From: a virus
Lineage: Duplodnaviria; Caudoviricetes
IMG/VR virus record: IMGVR_UViG_3300025141_000080
Location: 1-63,648 of that record
Direction: 5' to 3' (one strand)
Length of the DNA stretch: 63,648 nt
The position numbers and the translations under genes are program-made. Every line of letters begins with the position of its first letter. Position 1 is the stretch's first letter. Shown piece after piece: positions 1-11,500 of this stretch. A model generated the notes under the pieces. The model made no database searches and was not told the DNA's origin. It was given only the letters and a program-made list of their open reading frames with translations.

Positions 1-99
1 CCAACCATCATCCAAATACTAAAGTCCAGATTCCAACAAGTGTCAATGACAGGTAAACCTGATTATGTTGAGTTAGGTAAAGGATACGATTTAAACTAA
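1..99 (+). CDS. 3' end of a gene truncated by the window edge (position suggests tape-measure or other tail gene)
   Basis: Frame 1 is open from base 1 to TAA at 97-99 (PTIIQILKSRFQQVSMTGKPDYVELGKGYDLN*). Identity inferred only from position upstream of tail initiator/hub genes. Confidence 0.4.
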   Translation, partial: PTIIQILKSRFQQVSMTGKPDYVELGKGYDLN

Positions 100-112
100 A
101 AAGAGTAGTTAG

Positions 113-120
113 ATAATTAT
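113..120 (+). promoter_or_regulatory. putative late-promoter motif ATAWTTAT (ATAATTAT)
   Basis: Variant of the motif found 13-25 nt upstream of several gene starts; 14 nt before ATG 135. Confidence 0.45.
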
Positions 121-134
121 TAAAAAAGATATAA

Positions 135-3100
135 ATGCCACAAAATACAAATAATTTAAATTCTTTAAGTTTTCAAGGAACTGATTACTTAAGAAAGTTA
201 ATGCTTACGAAAAATCTACCAATTCGAGATGCATTAGGACCTTATGGTAATTATACCCCTGGAAGTTATTCTATAGAAGACACTAGAGAATTAAATGTTG
301 TAGAACAGCCAGATGTGGATTTAGCTGGTGAATTTTTTATTGATAAATCTTATTTGGCTAACGCATACGGTCCACCAGGTGGGTACGATACCTGGACTCA
401 GATATATACATCCTCACAAAGTTTAGGCAAAGTAAATTTTGGATTATACCCTAACTTTGAAGCACCGGAAACAGGAGCAGGATTATTTGGGGCAAATCCA
501 TTTATGACTGTAGGACAATATTATTCTCCTTTACAGATATTGACAAGTGTAAGTTCAGAAGGTTTATTATCAGGCAATTTATTAGATGATAGTTTATTAC
601 AACAATATGGTGCACAACAACTAAGAAAAGAATTTGAAAACAGGATAGCGTTTGAACTCTACCAACAAACAGTTGGGAGATTGAATTTTGTAGACGCTAT
701 GAAAGACCCATACAATGCATTAGACATTGTTACAGGTAGAGAATCACTAATTGAAAGAGACAATCATATCACAGTTCCCAAAGGACTTGTTGGTAAAGGT
801 TTAGATTTTGTATCCCGATTAACGGGCGTGTATGTTCCCTTTTCTTATATACCAGGAGATTATTTTGAGTTAGAACCTGCTCGTGGATTATCAACGGCCG
901 GTAAAATAGTATCAGATATAACTGGAATATTAGGAAGTTTAGTGGGTATACCAAGGAGAAGACAATCCCCATCTCAAAGATTTTTAGAATATACAGCGGG
1001 AGGAACTAAATCATCATTATTTAAACATATCCGATATAACAAATATGGACCTAACTATGGTGAAGGTGCACAAGCACAGACAGCGGTAGGAGCAGCGATA
1101 GGTGAAGTTATAGATTTTGTTGGTGGAGGAATACTAGGTTTTGGAAATCAACCACCTAATATGCCTGAATATGTCGGTGGCCCAAGAAATCGTATACAAG
1201 ATATGACAAGTCCACCGGACAACACGTATGCTGGTAAAAATTACGTACCAATATACGGTCCAGACGCGGTAGCAAAAGAATTTGATTCTAACGAATATGA
1301 TTTTGGGATGAAAGGTATTGCCTATGCCAATCAAGGAAATGTTCCTGGAGGATTTACATGGTATACAGAGAACACCCCATCAGGAGGTTTTTTACAACAA
1401 GTGGGTCAATTTTTAGGTTTTGGTGAAAAACCACCAGGACCACAAGTGCCCGGGACAACTCAAGGATTCGAAGGGTCTACCGATGATACGGCAACCTATG
1501 ATACTCCAGGTGGTTACGATAATACAAGGTCCACCAACTATAAATTTAGAGACGACTCTATTATGGACGCAACTCAACAAATTATAGATTCTATTCCTAA
1601 AGGTGGTGCCCGGTTAAAATCTGTTTCACACGCTATGAATCAAGTTAGTAAAGTTTTTAATGATGGGTATAAAGAACTAACAAAAGGTTCTAGAGTTAGA
1701 AGGTTTATTAACTCAGACCCAACTTCAGGCAAAGGTGTAGAACAACCTAGAGAATATTGTAGAATATGGACCAAAGATGTTCCATATTACAATTATAGTA
1801 AACTAGTTAAAAATGAAATGAATCATAGGTTTGAAACCTATTCAGTATTAGATAGTCCTTATAATTTAAATGTAGCACCTTGGAGAACAGATGAATCGGG
1901 TAAAGGGTCCACCAATATCGTAGACTCTAAAGTTAAGAAATATATGTTCTCAATTGAGAATTTAGCTTGGAGAACAAGTACTCAAAAAGGACTCACATAT
2001 AATGATTTACCTGCTTGTGAAAGAGGACCAAATGGAGGAAGAATTATGTGGTTTCCTCCTTATGACTTATCCGTTGATGAAGCCAGCCAACCAAACTGGA
2101 CAGGTAATCAATTTATAGGTAGACCAGAACCCATATATACTTATAACCATACAGACAGAAGTGGTACATTAAAATTTAAAATAGTTGTTGACCATCCTAG
2201 TATTTTAAATCTACTAGTAAGAAAAGAATTACAAAAATTAGGACCAAAAGAGACAGATGAAATTTTAGACTCATTTTTTGCGGGATGTAAAAAATACGAC
2301 ATTTTTGATTTAGCTAGAAAATGGCAACAATTTTCAGTTAATGAATTAACACAATACCAAGAAATGTTAAATACTCCTGGTATGGACAGTGAAACAATAC
2401 AAGAAATATTGGTTGAAACAACAGATGGTGAACCTGGAAAAACAGTACCTACGGACAACATACCCGATTTACAAAGTTACATCCAACCACCACTAGCTTT
2501 CTTTTTCGATAACGACTACCCAAATCCAAACACCACACAAACCACATCTAGTGTGAGTTATACTGAATGTGCGGCGGGTAGTATGTCAAAGTTTGGGGGA
2601 TATCTATCTTCTACTAATTCTGTTACCCAACACCTTAATAGAGCACCTAATGAAGAAGCTAAAGCAGCTTTACAGAATTTCTTTGAGGATGGTAGTGGGG
2701 CAAAAAATGAATGGTTGACTAGATGGCCCGCTTTCGCTAAAGCTCTTAAAGAAGTTTTAGATACCGGTCTTTATACAGTAATATTAAATATGGAGGGGTC
2801 TGCAAGTTCTATTGCCAGTCAAAGTTATAATCTTAATTTATCTAAAAGAAGACTAGACTCTGTTGAGAAAATGTTCAAAGAATATATTTTAGATGGTGGT
2901 GCAGCTTTTAAAACATATATGGAGAATGGAAGACTCCAATTTCCAGGACCGACCGCATTAGGGGAGAATTTATGTTCATCGGATGAAAGTGGTGCTAACG
3001 CTGTTTATACGGCTGGTGCAGCAGACTGTAGAGCGGTAAGAATTACTGGTGTTGAGGTACTAAAAGACCCTACACCACCAGAACCACCTAAACCACCAAG

Positions 3101-5204
3101 AAGAATAGAAAGACCAACACCACCTGAAATTAAGGAAAAAGAAAAAAGACAAAAAAATACTAGAAGAGAGATAGCGAATAAAGTATTAATGAAAATGGTT
3201 ACCGAATGTGATTATTTTGATTTAATACAAGAAGAAAATGAATTTATTTATGATACCCTTAAACAAAAATTTAAATTTTTCCATCCAGCATTTCATTCTA
3301 TAACACCTGAAGGATTAAACAGTAGACTAACATTTTTAAATCAATGTGTAAGACCAGGAGCAACAATTCCAACTAAAACAGCCGACGGAATCCTATCAAC
3401 AGAAGACGCTGCAAGAAACACTGCATTTGGAGCTCCACCTATATGTGTGTTAAGAATTGGGGATTTCTATAATACTAAGATTGCCATACAACAATTGAGT
3501 ATTAGTTATGATGATAATTTGTTTGATTTAAATCCAGAAGGGATTGGTGTACAACCTATGATAGCTTCTGTTAATATTACCTTTAATTATATTGGTGGAC
3601 AAGGATTAAAAGAACCCGTTAATAGATTACAAAACGCTCTTTCATTTAATTATTACGCAAATACTGAAATGTTTGATGATAGGGCAGTTTTAACTGTAAC
3701 TGATGATGATGTGGACGAACAAGCGTGGTTAGCGGCAAATCAAGACTTAATAGGACAGACACAAGGAAGTGGTGCGGGCAATCAAGAAGATGAAGCGGCA
3801 TTAGAAGACGCGTTAGATAGTTCAGAACAAGACGGATTAACTATCGGAGATAGACAAAATCCAACCATAACAACAAGTGGAGAATCAGGGTTTATAACTT
3901 ATAAGTCGGTTTATAGTGACTTTAACACATCTGCATTTGATTATATGACATCAACAACCAACCAAGTAGACAATATTATGAAGAACTATAATAATGGTTG
4001 GCTACAGGTATTAACAAATGAAAAGGAATGGGTTGATGGGGAATATTATATAGGTACGTCAGTGGGTGCATATAACACTGTAAATGGTAAACTAGTCGGA
4101 GTACCCATAAATTGGCAAAATAATTTTAATGACTTTTTTGATAGTTTCGTAGAAGATATAGATGACGATTTAACTTATATACAACAACAACATGCTACAG
4201 TTAACCCATCTAATAAAAATAAAAGAAGGTTAAGAAATTTCTTAAAAGATAAAGCGGAAGAGATAGCAAGAGAAATTGGGGGTGTATTACAAGCTGCACA
4301 ATCAGAACTTAAAAATAAGTCTTTAGCCTACATAAGTAATGTTAATAAAATAAATGCATTAGGAAGAGGGTGTGATGGTTATATCACTAATGGAAAAACC
4401 ACCGTATTTAGTTTGTCGGGAGAAACCACAACAGTGCACTCAACGTCACCAACCACGTCAACAGACACTTTAATAGAAATGGGTACAGATTATGAATACA
4501 CTACAAATGTTACCACTTATTATTCTGAAGTTTATAATGGAGAGACTAGTGTAGGTTGTTATTCACAAGGAGCTTTATGTGTACACGCCAATAGTAGTAT
4601 AAGTGAGATGTTCAATTTAACTAAATCCGGTAGATTCACAAACCCAGATACCACCGCCTGGACAACCAATCCATCAACTATAGGGATAGAAATAGCCCCA
4701 ACTCAAAGCACCAAACTTACAGCAGATAAATCGGACGTATTTGTTTTTTCACATATAGCCATGGAAAAATCCATTGTAGACTCTACAATGACCGGTAATT
4801 TACAATATTTTAAAGAAAATTATAACCCTTATAAAAATAATAGTAATTCTTTATGGACAGGAATTCGTGATGCATTAAAAATTACTTCTGTTGACCCAGA
4901 TTGGTTAAAAGACTGTATTGTTGCTTTTAGTGACGCTATTTCATTAAATGAAAATTATTTCTTAGGACAAATGGTTACAGCTCAACAACAAGTTACCCAA
5001 AGATTTGCTCCTGAGGGACAAACTAACATTGTTGAAGGTCTTTCTATTGCTGGAGATTCTACGAGTATCACTGAAGTTAAAATAGAAAAAGAGAGAAAAT
5101 TATATTATGACAAAGTGACAGACACTAGTTATGAAGAAATAATAAGAAGAGTACATACTACAACAAATGAGGGTAATACTAACTTTAATTTAAAATTTAA
5201 TTAA
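135..5204 (+). CDS. tail tube initiator/baseplate hub-type protein (gp48/gp54-like) with inserted OmpA-like peptidoglycan-binding domain
   Basis: Tube-fold-like segments FIGRPEPIYTYNHTDRSGTLKFKIVVDHP and PPICVLRIGDFYNTKIAIQQLSISYD flank an OmpA_C-like region (FFFDNDYP...EGSAS...YNLNLSKRRLDSV...CRAVRI). Followed by LysM and hub genes. Confidence 0.65.
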   Translation: MPQNTNNLNSLSFQGTDYLRKLMLTKNLPIRDALGPYGNYTPGSYSIEDTRELNVVEQPDVDLAGEFFIDKSYLANAYGPPGGYDTWTQIYTSSQSLGKVNFGLYPNFEAPETGAGLFGANPFMTVGQYYSPLQILTSVSSEGLLSGNLLDDSLLQQYGAQQLRKEFENRIAFELYQQTVGRLNFVDAMKDPYNALDIVTGRESLIERDNHITVPKGLVGKGLDFVSRLTGVYVPFSYIPGDYFELEPARGLSTAGKIVSDITGILGSLVGIPRRRQSPSQRFLEYTAGGTKSSLFKHIRYNKYGPNYGEGAQAQTAVGAAIGEVIDFVGGGILGFGNQPPNMPEYVGGPRNRIQDMTSPPDNTYAGKNYVPIYGPDAVAKEFDSNEYDFGMKGIAYANQGNVPGGFTWYTENTPSGGFLQQVGQFLGFGEKPPGPQVPGTTQGFEGSTDDTATYDTPGGYDNTRSTNYKFRDDSIMDATQQIIDSIPKGGARLKSVSHAMNQVSKVFNDGYKELTKGSRVRRFINSDPTSGKGVEQPREYCRIWTKDVPYYNYSKLVKNEMNHRFETYSVLDSPYNLNVAPWRTDESGKGSTNIVDSKVKKYMFSIENLAWRTSTQKGLTYNDLPACERGPNGGRIMWFPPYDLSVDEASQPNWTGNQFIGRPEPIYTYNHTDRSGTLKFKIVVDHPSILNLLVRKELQKLGPKETDEILDSFFAGCKKYDIFDLARKWQQFSVNELTQYQEMLNTPGMDSETIQEILVETTDGEPGKTVPTDNIPDLQSYIQPPLAFFFDNDYPNPNTTQTTSSVSYTECAAGSMSKFGGYLSSTNSVTQHLNRAPNEEAKAALQNFFEDGSGAKNEWLTRWPAFAKALKEVLDTGLYTVILNMEGSASSIASQSYNLNLSKRRLDSVEKMFKEYILDGGAAFKTYMENGRLQFPGPTALGENLCSSDESGANAVYTAGAADCRAVRITGVEVLKDPTPPEPPKPPRRIERPTPPEIKEKEKRQKNTRREIANKVLMKMVTECDYFDLIQEENEFIYDTLKQKFKFFHPAFHSITPEGLNSRLTFLNQCVRPGATIPTKTADGILSTEDAARNTAFGAPPICVLRIGDFYNTKIAIQQLSISYDDNLFDLNPEGIGVQPMIASVNITFNYIGGQGLKEPVNRLQNALSFNYYANTEMFDDRAVLTVTDDDVDEQAWLAANQDLIGQTQGSGAGNQEDEAALEDALDSSEQDGLTIGDRQNPTITTSGESGFITYKSVYSDFNTSAFDYMTSTTNQVDNIMKNYNNGWLQVLTNEKEWVDGEYYIGTSVGAYNTVNGKLVGVPINWQNNFNDFFDSFVEDIDDDLTYIQQQHATVNPSNKNKRRLRNFLKDKAEEIAREIGGVLQAAQSELKNKSLAYISNVNKINALGRGCDGYITNGKTTVFSLSGETTTVHSTSPTTSTDTLIEMGTDYEYTTNVTTYYSEVYNGETSVGCYSQGALCVHANSSISEMFNLTKSGRFTNPDTTAWTTNPSTIGIEIAPTQSTKLTADKSDVFVFSHIAMEKSIVDSTMTGNLQYFKENYNPYKNNSNSLWTGIRDALKITSVDPDWLKDCIVAFSDAISLNENYFLGQMVTAQQQVTQRFAPEGQTNIVEGLSIAGDSTSITEVKIEKERKLYYDKVTDTSYEEIIRRVHTTTNEGNTNFNLKFN

Positions 5205-5206
5205 AA

Positions 5207-5569
5207 ATGGCAGATTACTACGATAGATACAAACAATTTATTATAAATGGAAAAAATAAACCAGTACCATTTATAAGGATAAAGTCAAAACCATCAGACA
5301 AGAAAGTTATATATAAAGTAGGGCAATCTAGATTAGATAAAATTAGTCAAGAATATTATGGCACACCTTATTTTGGCTGGTTAATATTACAAGCGAATCC
5401 AGATGTTGGTGGCTTAGAATGGGACATAAATGATGGAAGAGTATTGACTGTTCCATATCCTTTAGTAGCTTCATTACAACAATATAAACAATCAGTTGAT
5501 GACTACTATTTTTATTATGGTAAATCAGATGAGGACTTAAAGGACCCTAATGGAACCACTTCATATTAG
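5207..5569 (+). CDS. LysM-like baseplate wedge protein (T4 gp53/P2 gpX-like)
   Basis: RLDKISQEYYGTPYFGWLILQANP...INDGRVLTVP LysM-type pattern; canonical position before the hub gene. Confidence 0.8.
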   Translation: MADYYDRYKQFIINGKNKPVPFIRIKSKPSDKKVIYKVGQSRLDKISQEYYGTPYFGWLILQANPDVGGLEWDINDGRVLTVPYPLVASLQQYKQSVDDYYFYYGKSDEDLKDPNGTTSY

Positions 5570-5578
5570 TAAACTAAC

Positions 5579-8500
5579 ATGGCGAATGAAATTTATAATA
5601 ACGATAACATACTTGTCGAACTAGCAGAAAACAATGTAGTTCTTCTCGACCCAAACAAAGTTGTGGATGTTAACGGTAAACCACAAGACAGACTTGTAAG
5701 CCAAGAAAATTTAACTATATACGCTAATTTACAGGCAAGAGTAGTGCCTAGAAGTAAAGTTATTACTGGTTCTGGAATGGAAACCGAATCATTAGTTGAT
5801 GTTTTTGAAGGTAAAATTAACTTTTTAAAACCAGGAGGAAAAGACTATATGACTAGTGATTGGACTGACACCGAAACAGGTGGGTCCAATCAAGACGGAC
5901 CATATAATCAGAAGGTATTCATCACAAAGAAAGACCCTTTTATGGGTAATACGGAGAATAAAACTGAGAGCATAAAGAATAGATTAGATAACGAATCTTT
6001 TGGTATATCCAACATTAGTGTAACTTATGACCGTTCATATGTTCCACAAGTAAGCATGACCTTTATCGATGTTAGAGGAAAAACTTTATTTGAAATGGGA
6101 AATAATTCTGCTTATGCAGTATTTTTTAATCTTCCATATCCATTATTTCTTTTAACATTAAAAGGTTATTACGGAAAAGCGGTCCAATACCAACTAATGT
6201 TAAGAAAATTTAACGCTAATTTTGACCCCGAAACCGGTAATTATACGGTTACTTGTGATTTTATAGGTAGAATAGCGGCCTTACTCGCAGATATAAATGT
6301 GTCACAATTACTTAACGCTCCTTATATGTACGCCAGAAGTTATGGGGTAACTAATGTAGAGAATGATGATGTAGACACATTCACCACCACCAAAGGATAT
6401 CAAACACTTAATGAAGTTTTTGTAACCTATAAAAGAAATAATTTATTAGGTCCTAATGTACCACATTTAACATTAAGGCAATTAGCAACTAAAGCTAAAA
6501 CTTTAGAGGAAGCTATAGAAAAAGAATTAAAGAAACAAAATTTAAAAGCGTTAGATGATATCGATAAGTATGAAAAGGTTCTAGATTCGTATCTAGCAAA
6601 AGTAATGGATAGTGGTGGATGGAGACGAACCTATATGGATGTCGGTGGACTTAATGAATATTATGATGAAATTAAGGATTTAACTTATTATAGTTGGAAA
6701 AAAACATACCAAGACGACCTACCAAAAAGAGAATCAGGTAGGGATAAATTAAAAAAGGAGATTAGTGAACATAATGCGGCACTATTAGAAAACCCAACAT
6801 TCGGAAAAAGTGGGACACACTCTATTCCAGTAGACATCGGTTACCAAAACTTCACTGTTTTACCACCAGAAGGTAGAGAAAATAATGGGTTGGAGTGGTT
6901 TATGTTTGAAGGTGTCCCTTCTTCATTTGAGACTAAAATTAACAATATTTTTACTAAATTTAACGAAAAAAGACAGATTGTAGAGAAAAATCTAACCGAT
7001 GTTGTTAACGAAGTTATAGAAAGTGAACAAGGATTAGGGTTTAGACCTACAGTTAGAAACTTATTTGGTATAGTTATCGCAAATGCAGATACTTTCTTGA
7101 GACTTATGAACGATGTTCATTTAGACGCAATGAATCAGAGAAATAACCCTGATAGATTAAACGCTGTTAAAGGAAACGGTAAAGCGTCTACCAGCTCAGA
7201 ATTACCAGAAGATAATTTTATTTATCCGTGGCCTCATTATTATGTTAGAGAAGAAAATGAAGATGGTGGAACGTCTTTTGTTACCACATATCCAGGAGCC
7301 ATTAAAGTTATATCTAGTACAAAAGCATATAAAAGTGAGTCGTGGCCCGAAGTAGAGTTTGTAGAAGAATTTCTTAAAGCTTCTACTATTAAAGATACTG
7401 GACAAAACCAATTTAACTTCGGAGTGTCAACACTAGGTGAGAATTGGGTACCCACAACATCTTTTGATGTATTTGAAACCCAAAGTTATTTAAAAGTAAG
7501 TGAAGTAGATTTTAGTTATGAAGTGTGGGATAGGTCCACAATACACGGTTTCTTTTCAGGAATACAATTTAGATATAATAAAAACACTTCGGATTTACTA
7601 TTAAAAAATATATCAAAATTTGAATCAGTTACTATACAGGAAAAAACAAACGGATTCTTTGATTTACAAGAATTGTTGAAAAACCAAACATGGAGTTATA
7701 ATAGTTTTCTGGAGTATTTGAAAGCTATAGCTCCTCTTACTGATTATCAGCTACTTGTAAGAGACGAATATGTTACTCCATATATTAGAGAAAAAATTAA
7801 TAATGCTAGATTTAAAATCTATCCATACACCCTTTTAGTAGGAGCACAATATCAGTCAAGAGATATAGATATTCAGAATCAGATTGAGACTATGAATGAA
7901 TCTATACTCACCCAATCAGCAGAAGATAACATCTTAGACACCTACCCATTAGTGGATTTTGATTTTACACAAGGAGAAGACATAGATGGGAGTACAGGAG
8001 AATACATTTATGGTCCATGGACAAAAATGAACTTAGCTAACGGTCACAATTTACCTTCTAAACAAGAACTTAATAAATTAAGTAATTCCTTGGTTTATGG
8101 TAGTGATGTTAAATCTTATACTTCTTTATTAAGTGCAGCTGAAGGAGTAGAAGATAGTATATGTATAACCCCACCACACTTCTTTTGTGATGCATGGTGG
8201 ACAACACCAACCATGATTAACGACTACTCTACTATTCTGGAAAAAAGAACAATTAATATTTTAAATACATCACTCAGTTGGAAATTATTTTTTGAAGATA
8301 TTAATACAAGAGAAAAAACACCTTACTATACTCCTGTAACACCAGAAAATACATCTATTAATAATGGGTTATTTTTAACTGAAGGAGCGGTGGATTATAG
8401 TGAAATATATATTAATGGTAAGACATTTGACAAACAATTAACATCAATGCTAAACACACCTTATTTTACTAACGCGATGATTGAAGGTGTGATGAACGAA

Positions 8501-11500
8501 TTAACCGGTGCACCTAACCCATACATTAGTGCCTCTTATTTATTTTTAAATTCATTACCTTTAGCAAGTTTAAAAGAATTAACAATTAAACAATTAAAAG
8601 AGGGCGGTCAAATGCCAGAATTTGGTGACTATGTTTTTACAACCCTTAACCAACTTTCAGCAGTACACCCCCTACCGTACGCATGGATTTTAAAATATGG
8701 AAGTATATGGCATAGATATAAGAATTTTATAGAGAACGGGATAGACATTCTAGATTCAGTATGGAAGGATTTCGACGCCAACAAGTATTTTAACGATACT
8801 TCAGGATTAATAAATCAATATTCATTGAATATTGGTGAAAATAATACCCAAATACTATTTTCTGGGGATTGGAATATAGGGGGTAATTTTAGAAAGATAA
8901 ATGTAGGGTTCTATCCTGAATTAAATAATTTAATGCATTATTTTGTTACAGGAGACCTACTTTATAATTCAGTACCTGTAACAGGTGTGCCGTTATCTAG
9001 TATAGAGGTAAATAATTTTATAAACATTGGTGCCCTAAATGTCAAACACTCAACAGACTTAGATATATCCCCAGCACAGAGTCCAACACAAGGAGATGTT
9101 AATTGTCAGTTTTGGTACACTTATTATGACACCAGTAGAGATGTCTTTACGAGTGGATATACACCCCAATATATTTTATATCCGGGAGGTGCTATTAAAA
9201 AAGAACAACTCAGTTTTGAAGTAGACCCATTTAACTTAACAAATAATCCTACAACACATAATGGTAATGTGAGGTTTTGTTGGGGGATGTCTAATTATGG
9301 ATATTTTGAACATACACCAACAAGTAAACCTTCATATAACGAATATTGTAAGAAAATTAATAACCTACAAAAAGAACAAAGAGCTTTTCATATTTCTTCT
9401 TTAGGTGATTATAGTAGTATAGATGAGATATTTGACGTGTTTTCACCAGAAATATTAGACACATTTGAAGAATATTTTCTTAATTTTTCTCAGAAAGATG
9501 TTGATTTTAACCCCGCTTTAAACGCTTTTAGTGCAACTACTGACTCACAGGACTCCACAGATGTGTGGGGAAATAAAATAGGTGAGACCGACTTAAAAAC
9601 TCTACAATCGGTTATAAGAAATATGATGACAGTAAGTCAAGATAGTGTGACACCGGCAGATACGGCTACAGAATTTGGGTATAATTTAGCAAAAACACAA
9701 CTTAATAAAAGTAATAGAATTTTAGGGTTGTTTATGGCAGATACCGTCGCATTTAATTTCTATAACCCAAAAGATATTAATATAAAAGCTTTAAGGACTT
9801 TTGTAGGAGACCAGAAATATTATGATTGGGGAGAATATAAAGGTAATTTACCTCCAGAAGTGCCATTTGCCACCTCCCAACTCAATCATCCACAAGAATG
9901 GAAAGACTTACAATTACACATAGGACAAATCGGAGATTCTTCACATCTAAGTTTAGTGTACAGTGATTATGGGTCGGAGATAACTGACTTTTTTAGAGAA
10001 ATGAATATTGATTTCACTTCAGAGAATATTAAATTACTTAGAAAAATTATTAAAATATATGTTACTGAAAGAATAAAAAATGGTTCCACCACAAATAGTC
10101 TTAATTTTACCACCGTCGCTTCTGCCCTTACTCCGGTAGCAGCTCCCGCAAATTTTAATAGTGAATTTATTCAGAAGATAAAAAATGAGATAGTGGAAAA
10201 GTTAGATGACGGACAATACCAACACCTAAATCAACTATTCTTTAATTTAAAACAAGATTTACCCGAGATACCAAACGAAGGACTTATAGATGATTTTAAG
10301 GATGAAAGTGCAATACAAAGCGATGAGTTAAAATTAGATTTATACAATACATTTAGAGTAATAAATGATAAATGGATTTCTGGAGAAGAAATAGAGAGAA
10401 AACTTATATTTGAAGATTTTTTATTTTTAGATATAGCTAATAGGGACATCGGGGACACCGCTATTCTAGGGTTAGACGCCTTTAAATCATTAACAAATCC
10501 AGCAAATGGAAGTTTAAATTTATTAGGTCTTATAGGTTCTATTTTAGATAATCAGAATTTTAATTTTTTACCCCTACCGTCGTATATTAATTTTTATGGG
10601 GTAACCAGTGACGGTAAAGAATACTCAAAATACAACACCACCGACGAAGCTAATTCTTTATTTGGAACCCATTTAGAAGTAGATTATTTGGAGTCTTCAC
10701 CTAAATTTGTGTGTCAATATGTAGGAGAAACATCTTCATTACCTGATGTTAAAAACCCCATAAATCGATATAACAGTGATTCATTTTTAATGGGAAGAAC
10801 CGCAGACAACCCTCTTTTTTCTAATTGTGCAGACCCCAAGAGGTGTAACAAAGTAATGTCTTTTGCGGTAGACTTCGGTATAGATAATCAAAATATATTT
10901 AAAGGAGTAAATTTAGACACTTCTGATACCAAACCAACAGCGGAAAGTTTTGTGGTTGAAGAACAATTAGCACAATCAGCAAATGATAAAACTATCGCGA
11001 CCCAAGGACTAAGTTTATTTAATGTATACAGAACTCGTTCTTATACTTGTAAAGTTAGCGCAATGGGTAATGTATGTATCCAACCCACAATGTATTTTTC
11101 ATTAAGAAATGTACCTATGTTCACGGGACCATACCTAATTATGACAGTTGAACATTCGATACAACCAAATACCATGACTACCACATTTACAGGTGTAAGG
11201 GTACCATTCCACCGATTACCAAACGTGGAGAATTTTGTGGCTAAATTAGCAAAATCATTTGTAAAGAAGGTAAGAGTTAAACAAAAAACAGATAATAAAC
11301 AAGAGAGAGAAGGAGGATTTCATCCTGAAGGTACGGAACAAAATACAGATGGTAATGCAAAAGCACCACGGTTTAGTGGACCATCGGATGTTAAATCTAT
11401 TATTGTACACGTTACAGCTGGTACCGATTATGGGAATAAACCAGTTGAAACTATAGACAAACAACATAAGAATAGAGATTTTTCTGGTATTGGGTACCAT

